Virus record (IMG/VR): IMGVR_UViG_3300048882_000756
Coordinates: 1-33,683 of that record
Direction: 5' to 3' (one strand)
Source: a virus
Lineage: Duplodnaviria > Caudoviricetes
Length of the DNA stretch: 33,683 nucleotides
The position numbers and the translations under genes were made by a program. The notes beneath the pieces were generated by a model, which did no database searches, had not been told where the DNA came from, and was given only the letters and a program-made list of their open reading frames with translations. Shown in pieces: positions 33,392 through 33,683 of the stretch (position 1 is its first letter; the number at the start of each line of letters is the position of its first letter).

Positions 33392-33683
33392 CACTACCTT
33401 AAGCCAATACCACAGCAAACAGGCTGTAAGTGCTTGAACCGTAAGGCTTATAATTATTTTCATACAGGGTAAAATAAGCTGTATTTTATGCCCATTGATA
33501 GGCCCAACAGTGGTCCATAGACCCCCTTGACCACCGCTTAGGGTCTACCGTAGGGGTAGGCTGGACACCTATCGGGCCTCCATGTATATTACCCGTGCGT
33601 TATGCACGCAGGCTTCAACATGACCGCGGGTAAGGCATGGTGCCAGGGGCCATGGTCCAGGGTAGAGCAGTGGTGAGGGCGTC

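Overview
This is a 33.7-kb piece of a tailed dsDNA (Caudoviricetes-like) phage genome. From left to right it holds: lysis genes (PG-binding/CHAP endolysin); a leftward operon with a phage Dam-type methyltransferase, an RmlB-like dehydratase, a ParB-like protein, a RuvC-like resolvase, SSB, a Sak3/DUF1071-like annealing protein, a YqaJ-like exonuclease and an HTH protein; a rightward block with DnaB, a metallophosphoesterase, terminase small and large subunits, portal, a MuF-like head protein, a tail-type protein and a glycosyltransferase; and about 12 kb (21.3-33.2 kb) of small leftward early-type genes. The main unexplained structure is in that last region. At least 14 copies of a ~20-nt motif (coding strand GTCTTACGTACATG(A/G)ATTT) mark gene boundaries, usually just before an RBS. 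Several copies extend into an inverted pair ACGTAA-N18-TTACGT that can fold as a hairpin with a 3-nt bulge. The repeats divide the region into cassette-like units of 160-980 bp, one of them non-coding. The same region encodes a stand-alone sigma70 region-4 protein and a ribbon-helix-helix protein. No integrase, major capsid gene, tRNA, rRNA or CRISPR array was recognised. All product calls come from reading motifs by eye, not from database searches.
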